Assembly: GCA_013115145.1 (NCBI GenBank)
Contig: JAAPAO010000104.1
Span: 12,262-76,261, forward strand
Direction: 5' to 3'
DNA length: 64,000 nucleotides
DNA from: Perkinsus chesapeaki ATCC PRA-425
Lineage: Eukaryota > Protista > Perkinsozoa
In this document: in pieces, positions 31,375 through 43,300 of the stretch
Layout: each line of letters begins with the position of its first letter
How positions within the stretch are numbered: position 1 is the stretch's first letter
Notes under the pieces: generated by a model
Told to the model about the DNA's origin: nothing
The model's database searches: none
The model's input: only the letters and a program-made list of their open reading frames with translations
Made by a program: the position numbers and the translations under genes

Positions 31375-34300
31375 ATGTCCAACACACCAGAAGGTCATAA
31401 AAATGAGATCGCAGGGTCACCTTCAGCATCGAGACTCCCACCAATAGAAGGCAGATCGTCCAGTGACAGCAAAGCCAAGAGAGTGATGCCCATTAATTTG
31501 GGAAGAACTACCATACCTTTCTTCAGGTTTACTTTGGCCTTCCGGAGGGTCTCAGCTCCGATAGCGCGGTTCCTAATATCCGAAGTCCTCTTGTGTCTTC
31601 CAGCAGCTGTCGCTTCCTAGGAACCGGGCGGCTCTGGAAAGTAGGCATCTCACAAGTACTTCCTGCTGACCAGTTACTCAAGGTCCCCGGATCTGAAACT
31701 AAGGGAACCTTCAGCGCGTCACGCCGCTCCCACTCTTTGAGCACGCTTCCGCGCCATCCGAGTAGCAGCCAGCTCGGCGGAGGTCAGCAGTCTCGGCAGT
31801 TGCTAAAACGCCGATCCTCCTCCAGTATCCTGGATCTTGGTATGAACGCGTTGACTAGAACATCCTCGTGCTTTGTGGCGTCTTGGTAGATTCTGAGACG
31901 GTCAGGCGACAGGTCGTACCGAAGCACATGAGATATATCAAGCGCCTCTACTTGGAGCCATTATACTCTAAGACTGGTGGAGGATCTAAGAAGGCCGTTG
32001 ACATAGATACAGTGAACATACCGCTCACAAGCGTCGAGGTGCATACGTACTGAGACTTTCTTGGTCACACTGCTATATTCAGCACGCACGCGACGATCAT
32101 TTAGATGAAGAGACGAAAAGCTATAGAGAAGCTGGAGGATTGAGAACAGGTGAACGCTTCCACTGTGCAGTGGGTGGGGAATCTTATGGTCAGGCGATGA
32201 CGCAATCGCATTCTTCGCCAAGCATGGTGACGACATCCCCATCAAGTTCATTTACTGCCAGAGAGCTGATACCGGTCGGCACTTCCAGCCGTATGCCATC
32301 GAGGTGAGAGGCAATTATATAGCTGCCTGAGTAGCTCGTAGTTCAGTGCATCCCGGGGCAATTCTCTCAAGCGGAAGGTGCTGGTGACGCACTGGACGTG
32401 ATAATCTCAAAACTGCCTGAGTAGGCTACTGAGGCAGATTCGCTTATTACCTCTTGAAAGATATTTTATCGTCACTCCGTTGGGTATTTCCCACATAAAA
32501 AAGGGATGCGACGATTCAACTGAGTTCATCACCAACTCAGAGTGGATGCGTCAAAGCCGCGCGTAAGTCCTTCAAGCCATTCGTGTGAAGTCCAGCCCAC
32601 GGCAGATTCAGCACGGTCTCGAAGTTGGGGTTCTTCCGTAACTATACCAAGAACCGATCCCTTCGATCGTGGCGCGAGAATGCCAAGGCGCAGCGATTTA
32701 AGACTGTCCGAGCGAAGTAACGCCTCTACCCAGAAGCCTTTGTTTGAGCGGCCTACGAATGAACTACTTACCCTTCCAGATTGGCAAGCGGTCTCCTACT
32801 CGCGCGGCCTTTACTGGCGCCGACACTCGGGAAAATCAACTCTATCTGCAAGGCTGATATACAACAGCACACGAGGCTATTCTATACTCCGCCTAATCGA
32901 GGTTAAACACCCGATGAAAGACTATGATCACTTTAAATTTAGGCTCCGGCGCTCCGACGTATAAAATAGACGACTTCCACAAGCTCCAAGAGTCGCATCG
33001 TTACCAAGAATCGGATGCCGGGGCTAAGCTCCTTGAAGCTGGAAGAGACGACATCGCCGATAGTGTAGAGGCGTTGGTGGATAAGGTATATTGGATGAAA
33101 CGGTTTTTCTATCCTGCCAATGTTTTTCTATCCTGCCAATGTTTGAAGTAGGTAAGTAGCCTCCAGAAGGAGACCGAAGCCGGAGTCATCGACGTCGCTC
33201 TACTGGGTGAGTCTTGGAAAGAAAGGACTGCCAAGTCGCTGGTAAGGACGGACGAGTCGGCGAGGCGCTAGATGGACCTCTGTGCGTCAGGTGCAGCAGA
33301 AGAAATTGGCGGAGATCTTGGCCAAGCGGAAGAAACTTGCGTGCCGAGAGATGACGCTCTTGTGGTTCGCGATCAGACTTGCTGAGCAACAGCTCCGAAG
33401 CTCTCTGATTGGTGTTGCTACAGCATCGGTAACAATAATATCTTCTCAGCTCTTGAACAGCGTGATGCTTCGAAAGGTGCGCGAGTTCTCAACCCTCCTT
33501 GCTGAAGGCGCTGAGCTCTCCCTCACTGGCTTCACATGCCTGCTCACGAGCCTCGGTGGCGCACTCGTCAAGCTAGTTGCACCGATCGAGGAAGTACAGG
33601 TAGTGTCCCATCTGTCTGGCATGTCAAAGGCAAGAGTCGACCACACTCAGGCCAGACCCCTATTTTCTATGACCGTAAGCTTCGACACCTCGGGTGACAG
33701 CCGCCAAGATGGCCTTAACTTTAATCCTACCGCGGACGACTTCGTTGAGGGGACCGATAAGTTTTGGAAGGGCCTTACGGAAGGGCTGTCTAGGATACCC
33801 AATATTCTGTGCACTCGACAGTGGGATCTGCCGCACACCGGAGATGGCGGCGAATGTCATGTGCCAGTTACGACTCGCTGCCGGCACCAGCAGGCCGCCT
33901 GGAGCTCTCTCGATTGAGCGGAACGCCTATTTCGGAGGTGATACATAACGTTGAAGAATTTGAAGTGTAAGTCGGTGAGATATCGTCTCGTATATTGCTT
34001 TGGTGAGATAGGCTGACGAACTACGTGTTCGAGAAGCTCCTGGGGGATGTGAAGACGGCTATGGCGTACAGCGTCGATCATTTCGTGCCGGCGAGAGATG
34101 TCTTTGAGTTCGGTGAGAAATGGAATGAAGAAAAGTGATAAGCTAAGCCTGAAATGTTTGTGGAAGTTTGCGCGACAGATACGCCGGAGAGGTCGGAGAA
34201 GATTTTGAGCGCATTTCCGAAGATATGAAACTTATGAAGCATTTCAAGGAGAAGATGATACCAAATATCAAGCTTCATCATGCTGTTGGTGAGAGCCTTG

Positions 34301-37300
34301 ATAAATCATTGATTCCTCAAACGAAAGGCTGCAGGGGCGATTTTGATTGATGGTCAACCAATGCGGTCGTCCCTGGAGCCGGTGCCGCTGAGAGGCTTAG
34401 AAGTTATGAAACGAATGCTGAATGACATTGCGAATAGGAAGGGCAAAGAGGTAGATCGGCAGCTTTGAGAATTTCAACGATTTTGGGGTTGGTTCAGGTG
34501 GTGGATAAACTAGAGCGAATTCATCGAACGTTGGACAACAAACCTGTGTCTGAGGTTGCCGATGAAGAAGAACCGCCAGCCTCGCTCCCTGTGTACGATA
34601 TCGCTTGACTGGCTTAGGAAGCAGAAAGTGCTAGCAACTCTCCTGGAGAGTCTGTCAATATCTCGATACTATTCCACTAGCAAAACCGGCACTGATAGAC
34701 GAATACGTATGTAGCGGACTGAAAAGAACCTAAAGAGTAGCTCTACTGCCCAAATTGTAGCATGAGAGTCATTATACTACAGTAGTTTGACGTATGTTGA
34801 TTGCTTGAATCGTGCAGTAAAGCTTTGATTTAACAAGCTAAAATGTCGGCGGCGATCTTCACTCGGTTGCTTTGGAGTGTTCCTCCCCTGTCACTAATTG
34901 TAGGCTGATAGGTGACCCTCAGTTACACAAAGTATATAAAGTCTGTGAAGCAAATACAGGAAGGTCTATCGGAGTTGGAGGAGTCCAGTGCGATGGTTAC
35001 AGAAATGTACACGACACTTCGGAAGTTCGGCGCTCCGGTAAGGCGGCTGCGATGCTACTGGGGATGAGCACGAGTCATTGTGGTAGATATCGCTTGATGA
35101 GCAAATGCAACTGGATAGTATGCAGACTAGGATGGAGGAGCTGATAGAGAAGAAGTTGATGGAAGGCAGCGTGTGCATCGAGAAGATTCGCGTGGACATG
35201 ACAAAGGATTGTCTGGACAAATGCGCTACGCTGGAGGAGGAGCTGGTTAGTGGTTGAAGTGGTTCGCAGGTGGATTGATATGCTATTCAGTGTGTATTGG
35301 AGAGCTCGCTGGGAGAGGGTGTGTTTTTGAGCGATGAGCCGATAGTAGAAGGAACCCATGGAGAGGTGATGAGCGAGCTTGAGAAGATCCAAGAGAAGAT
35401 ACTAAAGGGAGAGGAGCGCGTTAATGTAAGGAGGAAAGATTTGCGGAAGCAGCTCTTGACTCGCCTTGCAGACGCTACTGCAGTCTCTGCAGCTGATGAA
35501 GGCTCAGAAGTACGATTTCAGCCAGTTGAACAAGCTGAAGTCGCGGTATGAGCAGCGGCGAGGGATATGGAACACGGTGGTGACTTGGAGGGAACTGACA
35601 GATGGCTGGCAAGGCTCAGTCACTCGTTTAGCTGGACTGAGGTTTTTAGGTTGACATCTCCTTTGAGGGAAGTTGATGTGGAGGAAATGAACAAGACAGT
35701 CAGTGGAATGTTTAAGGAGGCGTTTAAGTTGAGCAAGCAGCTGGAAGGGGATAAAGTGGTGAATAAGATGAAGGCTTTAATTGAGAATTGGAAAGGCAAT
35801 ATGTCGGTAAGAGTTACGTTATAACCCCACCACTGGGGCTGTGTCTGGCGGCTGCCCGTGCGATTGCTGCATTGGGTGGCTGGCCTTCAGGTTATTCTCG
35901 AACTTGGGAATCCTGTTATGCAACAGAGACATTGGGAGAAGATATGCCAGGCTGTGGGGCTGCCTTTAACAGGCTCCGCTGCTGTCCGTGTCACACTGCG
36001 TAGGCTTGAGCCTTGAAAGATTCCAATAAGGTCATTTCAGAGACATTGGAAAATGAGGATATCTATTCTCATCGAGAAGTTGTTGGGGAAGTATCGGCGG
36101 CAGCGAGCGGAGAGCATGCTCTCGAGAAGACCATGGAGAAGGTGGCAGGAGCCTGGGAGGGGTCGGAGAGCCTGACGAAGTGCATCACCGTCGAATGTGT
36201 TTTGGATCAGACTGCAGCTTCCCCTCATGAACCACCGTAATTCGAAGTACTTGTGGATCTTGGGTGACGTATCGGACCTCATCACGCTTCTGGAAGATCA
36301 CGCTGTAACGATTCAAACAGTGTTGGGAAGCCGGTGAGAAGGAACTAGCTCCTGGGGCTTTTTCCGGGTGTTACTAGGTTTGTCGGTGGAGTCAAAGAAC
36401 GCGTTGAAGAATGGTCGAAAAAGATTTCTACATCTTCCGACGTTCTGGATGAGTGGCTCCAGGTTGGTTGGGTTTTTCAAGTTTTCTATCCGTGCTTGTG
36501 GCTCAAATTTTTTGCAATGATAGCACTGCTTTCTCTCCCTGCCTCCCTTCTTTGGCCGTAATCGAAGGGCCCTTTGTTTTAGGTTCAGAGGAGCTGGATG
36601 TATCTCGAGAACATCTTCTCAGCAGAGGACATTCAGAGGCAGCTGCCGAGCGAGGCAGCGAAGTTCAAGTCCGTCGATAAGTTCTGGACGGAATTGTTCA
36701 AGAAAATCCGCCGATCGTTTCCGGGCGCGATGGAAGCCTTTCACATACCGAACTTGTTGGCTCAGCTCCAAGAGGCAGGGAGATGGCATCTAGAAGGAGA
36801 TGTTGAAAGTGTGTGTTTAGGCCAACGAGACTTTAGATCAAGTTCAGAAGTCACTGGAGGACTATCTTGAGACTAAGCGAGCTCTTTTCCCGAGGTTCTA
36901 TTTCCTATCTAATGACGAGCTGTTATCTATTCTGAGCCAAACGAGAAACCCACACGCAGTTCAGGTATGTTGGATATCCCATAGTTGATAGAGGAGCGAA
37001 GTGTGGTATAGAGACTAGCGTTGTTTTTCGGGTTTTCTACTTATCCGGGTTTTCGGGTTTTCTTCTTATCCGGGTTTTCGGGTTTTCTACTTATCCGGGT
37101 TTTCGGGTTTTCCATTCCTATCCAGCATTTGGATTCTTACTCCTAGAAGTTCTGCAGTTTCTACATTTTCTAGAAGTCAGATGCGATTCTCTTGGAGCAT
37201 TGAATCTCGCTCCCCGCGACCTACATCGTATCTGTTCGAGTGGAACAAGTGGTGAGGCGATTGGTACACTGTTGTCCGTACCTATGTCCCGCTGTCATCT

Positions 37301-40300
37301 GGTTCAAAGAGTGTTTGAATACCTTCTTCTTTCAGGAGCATCTATCCAAGTGCTTCGACGCTATGAATCGCGTTGTATTCGATGCCGACAAGACCAACCC
37401 GCCGGAGATAACACATTTTAGTGACATCGCCGGCGAGAAGGTAGAGACGCGTCTCCTAGATTCACGGAACATCCGTCCTGGCAGGTGCCCAACTCCGTTC
37501 CGGTTAGAGCGGAAGGAGCGGTAGAGATCTGGTTGAATCACATACTTGACCAGATGATACAAAGTTTGTACGATCTCACCAAGCGGAGCCTTGTGGAGTA
37601 TCCTGAGGATGGCAGGTCGACTCGCTGCTAGGTGTTCATCGAGGCATCATTCGTTCAAGGTACCGCCGAGACTGGCTATTCGGCGATTATCCAGCCCAGA
37701 GCGTGTTGCTTGTTGATATGATAAGCTGGACTTCCAAGTGCGAGAAGGTGCTGCCTCTTCCGTTACATTCTGTGCTGGAAATTAGCATGTAGGCCTTGGA
37801 AGTGGGGGAAGCTAAGAAGGGAGAGAATCCACTTGCGGAGTGCATCAAATACCACCAGGATCAACTGCAAGAATCGGTATGAAATCCCTGCTTTAGAGGA
37901 TATCTTTCGGTGATGCTAGGTCGCGTATGTCCGCCAGGACCTCAGTAAGCTGCAGAGGATCCTGATGGGAGCGCTCATTGTTCTTGATGTGCACAACATA
38001 ACTGTGATAGAGCAGCTCCTGGCGGCGGACTGCAGGAGTGTAGATGATTTTGATTGGTCTAAGCAGCTGAGATATTACTGGGATACTAATGTACCGCTCT
38101 AAAGTGAGGGTGGAGAGAGGGGAAGTGTCGTTGGTCAGGTTGACGACTGTATGTGCCGGCAAACCATTTCTTCCTTCAAGTAGGATGGCAATGATGACGA
38201 GTCGGGCATTAGGCTGTCAGGTATTCGTATGAGTATTTGGGGAATGGCCCGAGGCTTGTTATTACCCCGCTGACTGACAAGTGCTATATGACCCTTACAG
38301 GCGCGCTTCATCTGAACTACGGTGGAGCTCCGGCTGGTCCCGCAGGTAGGTATCGAGCTAGATAGTGGAGTCGATGAAGAAGAGGCCTTCAGCTGCAACT
38401 AGGCGCGAGGAGAGGGAAATCCTACCGCTACGAACTTCGAAATGCCGACTATTTCATTGCGTATTCCAAATGTCTCCTCCACCATAATAGGTGTAAACTC
38501 ACCGTTTGAAACAGTGCCTTTCGTATGTTAGTGATAGACTAAATTGCCCATGGAGACATGGAGATAATCGTACTCAGGCACGGGTAAAACAGAGACCACT
38601 AAAGACCTGGGTAAAGCATTGGCAGTACAGTGTGTGGTATTCAACTGCAGTGATGGACTTGATTACAAAATAATGGGAAGGTAGGTCTTGGGTAGCTGGT
38701 CTGTGTGTGAGACTCACACTATGAGTCTAATAGACTTGGTCTATAGTTCAACGTCGACGATTTCTAAGATAGACAATCCGCTTCATGACCGCTTCATTCC
38801 CTCGGGAGTGGTATAACTGCTTCATAGAGCTCCGTGATTTAATTCAGATTGTGTTCTTGTTGTTCATCTCATCGTGGATTGACTCTGGAAGTCCTGATTA
38901 ATGCTAGCAAGGCTTCTATTTCAGTGGGAAGTTCCAGCCTGCCGTTTGTCTCAGGTTCTTCTCCGGACTGGCTCAAGCCGGAGCCTGGGCATGTTTTGAC
39001 GAGTTCAACCGAATTCAGGTTAGCATTATTATGCAGCTCGATCGATATCTCTGGACAGGTTGAAGTACTCTCGGTCATCGCCCAACAGATGCTGACCATC
39101 ACTCAAGCCATCAGATCCAAGAAGGCCGTCTTCGAATTCTCCGGCCGGGAGATTCCTCTCAATCCTCGATTCGGAGTTTTCATCACAATGAATCCGGGCT
39201 ACGCAGGTAACCTGTGGCGCGTTAATTTCGTGGCGAGCGGTCTCAGGGCGAACGGAGCTTCCCGATAATCTGAAGTCTCTGTTTCGTCCAGTGGCGATGA
39301 TGGTTCCCGACTACGCTCTGATTGCCGAGATCATTCTTTATTCTGAGGGATTTGAAGCAGGATCGATGCTGGCTAGAAAGATGGTGAGATTTCGATCAGA
39401 TTAAATTGGCGCAAATTGACGATTGACGCTCATTAGCGTAACTCCATTTAGTAGAGTCCATTATTGGTCGCGGAGCGTCATTCAAGACTCAACAGATTCA
39501 AGTCAACGTATTATGCAGCGTAGATTAACAAATATCTCATTAGTACAACTCCATTATTAGCACCACAGTGTGACCTAAGGTCCAACTGTATCGCTTGGCG
39601 AGCGAGCAGCTGTCCAAACAAGATCATTACGACTTTGGAATGAGGGCGGTGAAATCTGTATTGGTGATGGCCGGGCAACTTAAGAGAAGGTAATATGGTT
39701 CCAGGCGACCAGCTTGGATAGGGTGTTGATAAGATACCCTGAGCTCAATGAAGATGTGACACTGATTCGAGCGATGCGAGATTCCAACTTGCCCAAGTTC
39801 TTAAGCGCGGATCTGCCACTCTTTATGGGGATCATAAGCGATTTGTTTCCCGGCATTAAAGTAAGCCGCGGCGGCAGAAGTGATGGTGTGACCGCCTGCT
39901 CAGGTGCCGTACGTGGACTATGGGGCGCTGCAGAAGGAAATTGAAGCGCAGCTCAGAAAGGAGCATTTGCAGGTCGTTGAAGGATACGTTGGCAAGATCA
40001 TTCAACTGCTGGAGACACAGCTTGTTCGTCACGGTAAGAACTTGACGGTTTCTGAAGGAAGTGTCGGTATGAGAATCAAGGTGTGATGGTTGTTGGTGTC
40101 ACCGCTACTGGCAAGTCTACCTGCACAACAGTCCTGTCCCGGGCGCTGTCGCAGCTGAGAGCAGACAGGTCTCCGGATGCAGCCCATCAGTTGACTAAAG
40201 TGATGGCATTGAATCCAAAGAGTATCTCGATGGAAGAGCTTTATGGGAGTTTCAACGAGAACACTGGTAGCTTTACCTTCACCGCATTCGTGAAGCCGAT

Positions 40301-43300
40301 CGGCCAGGCGAGTGGTCTGATGGACTGGTGGCAATTTTGGTGCGAGAGGCTCTCAGTGACACATCTGAAAATAAGAAATGGGTGCAGTTTGATGGTCCTG
40401 TGGATGCTATATGGATTGAGAATATGAACACTGTACGGTATGGGCTGTAGGGTATGACAGGGCGGGTGAGATTTTATTAGGTGCTGGATGACAATAAGAT
40501 GCTTTGTCTTAATAACGGAGAGCGTATTAAGCTTGCCCCTACAATGACAATGATGTTTGAGGTGACCCTGCGATCGAGAGGCAGCACCGCCTTGGTGCTT
40601 CTCGCTTCTAGGTTAATGATTTGGCAGTGGCTTCACCAGCGACTGTCTCCCGGTGCGGTATGGTTTTCATTGAACCTTTGCATCTTGGATGGAAGGCGCC
40701 GATCGACACGTGGAAGGAGGTCCCCCCTGCGTCCAGCATCCCCGCTTCTTATCGGCTCCGTAGATCCGCTCTCAATCGTATCCGAAGTATGCCTCCAAGC
40801 TCCACGAGCTGGTGGTCTCCCTATGCCGTACAGCGCTCCCGTTCATCCGGGAGAATCTTAAAGAAGCGCCGGGCATTCCTAGCGTGGATGCCAATCTTTG
40901 CAAGTATCCTAGAGATTTCCGTGCGCTGCGACTCCAATTTTTCAGATCGTTTATGAACTTCTGCGATGCCTTCGTGAACGACAAAAACGGCTTTGAGAGA
41001 GTGAGTTTTGACCCTGCTCACTAAGCAGTGCTTAGGTCCTATCGGATTTATGTCCTTTTAGGTCATGCCATTGGAGCCCGGCCAAGAGGAGCCTACCATT
41101 AAGGCGGCGACGAGATCGGATGCCGCTAACGACAAACTCCTGAAGATGTTCGTGGTTATCTCGGCAGTGCGCAGTTTAGGCGGGAACCTTCACGAGGCCA
41201 GTCGGGGAGAGTTCCTGGTAAGATACCTATTGGGTTTGTGAAATAGCATAGTTGCTGAGTAGGACTTCATGCGGCCGTATTTCGAGGGTATCTGTCCGGA
41301 GGCTTCAGAGCATGGTGATTTATTCATGGTAGCTGTGAACGCCGAAAAGGGTACCAATGGAACCGAAGCTGCTGCGGCTGCTGGAATGCAGAAAGATTTC
41401 GCAGGTTGCTTCGAGCCTATTGCAGAGCGAGTGCAGAAATTCACGTACACCCCAGGAATGCCGTTCTTCAGCATTTTGGTACCTACGACGGAGTCTACGA
41501 GCCAGTTCATCACTCTGGACGCTCTGACTAGAAATGGAACGAATGTGTTGTTTTCGGGTAAGCCGGGAGCTTCTAGTCTGACTTGAGGGCGAGTGCGACA
41601 GGCGAGACGGGTGTCGGAAAGTCAGTGGGAATCACAGCCTTCTTGGATGATCTCCTCAAAAGTGGGGAGGACAACGACGCGGAGTTGCGGTGAGATGGAC
41701 ACGGAAAGCTCAGCGGAAGCCGGAGGGTCCTTGTAGGTTCACAGTGGCCACGGCGAATTTCTCCGCACAAACCAGCAGCGGCAATGTTGTGGATATCTTC
41801 GAGACAAGGCTCGACAGGAAGCGAAAGAATCTTCTGGGACCGCCGGCCGGTACCTTAACCCACTACAATTGCTCCGTTGAGTGTAGCTGCTGGTAGGGTC
41901 CAAGATGGTGCTCTTTGTTGACGACATTAACATGCCTCTCGTGGAGGTATACGGAGCTCAACCGCCTATTGAGCTACTGAGGCAGGTTGTCGACTACAAG
42001 GGATTCTATGACCGGTAGGAGGGCATGACGGAGTAAGGTGCTTTAGACTGGTGTAATAGGCGTAAGCTGTTCTGGAAGACTGTGGCCGACACTCAAGTTA
42101 TTGCTGCCTGTGGGCCGCCGGGGGGAGGAAGAAACGCTGTCACGCCTCGCCTGCTGCGACATTTCTGTATGCAATGGATTCCGGATATCAGCAAAGATGC
42201 TATGGTTCTTATATTCGATAGCATACTTAACGGCTGGCTTATGGTAGTATCGCGGAACCCGAAAACCCAAAACCCGTTCTGTCAACAGTTGGAAGCACCG
42301 CACTTGGCGGAGTTGAGCGGCTTTGTGGTTCGGGCGACAGTCGACGCATTTTTCGAGATTTCGACGGACTTGCTGCCCACGCCAGTGAAGAGCCACTACA
42401 CGTTCAATCTGCGAGATCCAGCGAAGATGCTGCAAGGTAAAGTATCAGAAAAGACACGCTTGTTGACGTGTTGACGGGAAAGTGAGCAGGCATGCTGATG
42501 GTGGACGGCACGAAGGTCCTCATCGGCAGAGACCAACTCTTGGAGTTATGGCTGCACGAGGCGACTAGACAGTTCCGCGACAGGTAGCTTCTTCGGCGGC
42601 TTTAGAGTAGCACGGTCTTCTGCCTTAGACTGATCGATGATACCGACCGTCACTGGTTTGATGAACTGTTCAACAGGAAGCTCTCTGAGTGTTGTGGAGT
42701 TTCGTGGGAGATATCTCAATGGCGAGAGCTCATGTTTGGCGACTACCTGGATAGGAGCACCAACGCTTACACAGAGTGCCATGACTCGGACAAGCTTGTG
42801 ACGGTATTCCAGGTGAGCTCACAGCTAGCGGTCAGAGGGGCTTGTTGGGGAAAGTTTTCATCGTATCAGGAGTATCTTGATGAGTATAATATAACCTATC
42901 CGTCGACAATGAACCTGATATTCTTCAGCGATGCAAGAGCGCATCTCTCGAGAGTGGCTCGAGTTATCAGACAACCGAGAGGTGAGCGAATTGTCCGTTG
43001 TATTGGAGGTAGCATGGAAGACTTACTAAGTGTTGTCTACTCGTCCTGGCTGGAGGAAATAACATTCGGCTTCAATGAGCGTGCGCATTCTCGGTCGGAA
43101 GACTTGAAGTTCAACCGGAAATTGGGGGGGGATGTTTCAACACGACTATCTTGCGAATCGAAACTTGCTTGAACTTACGTCCTTCCGCCAAAAGTAGAAA
43201 TTAGATGCACTCCTTCCAGAAGCATCTGATATTCTTTTCTGACACCTTGGATCGCCAGGATTGATGCCCTCAGGAAACGCACTATTGGTCGGAGTGTCTG

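Noticed and set aside
37029-37112. Interstitial telomere repeat
   Set aside because: The unit GGGTTTTC embedded in a 25-mer does not match TTTAGGG/TTAGGG-type arrays.
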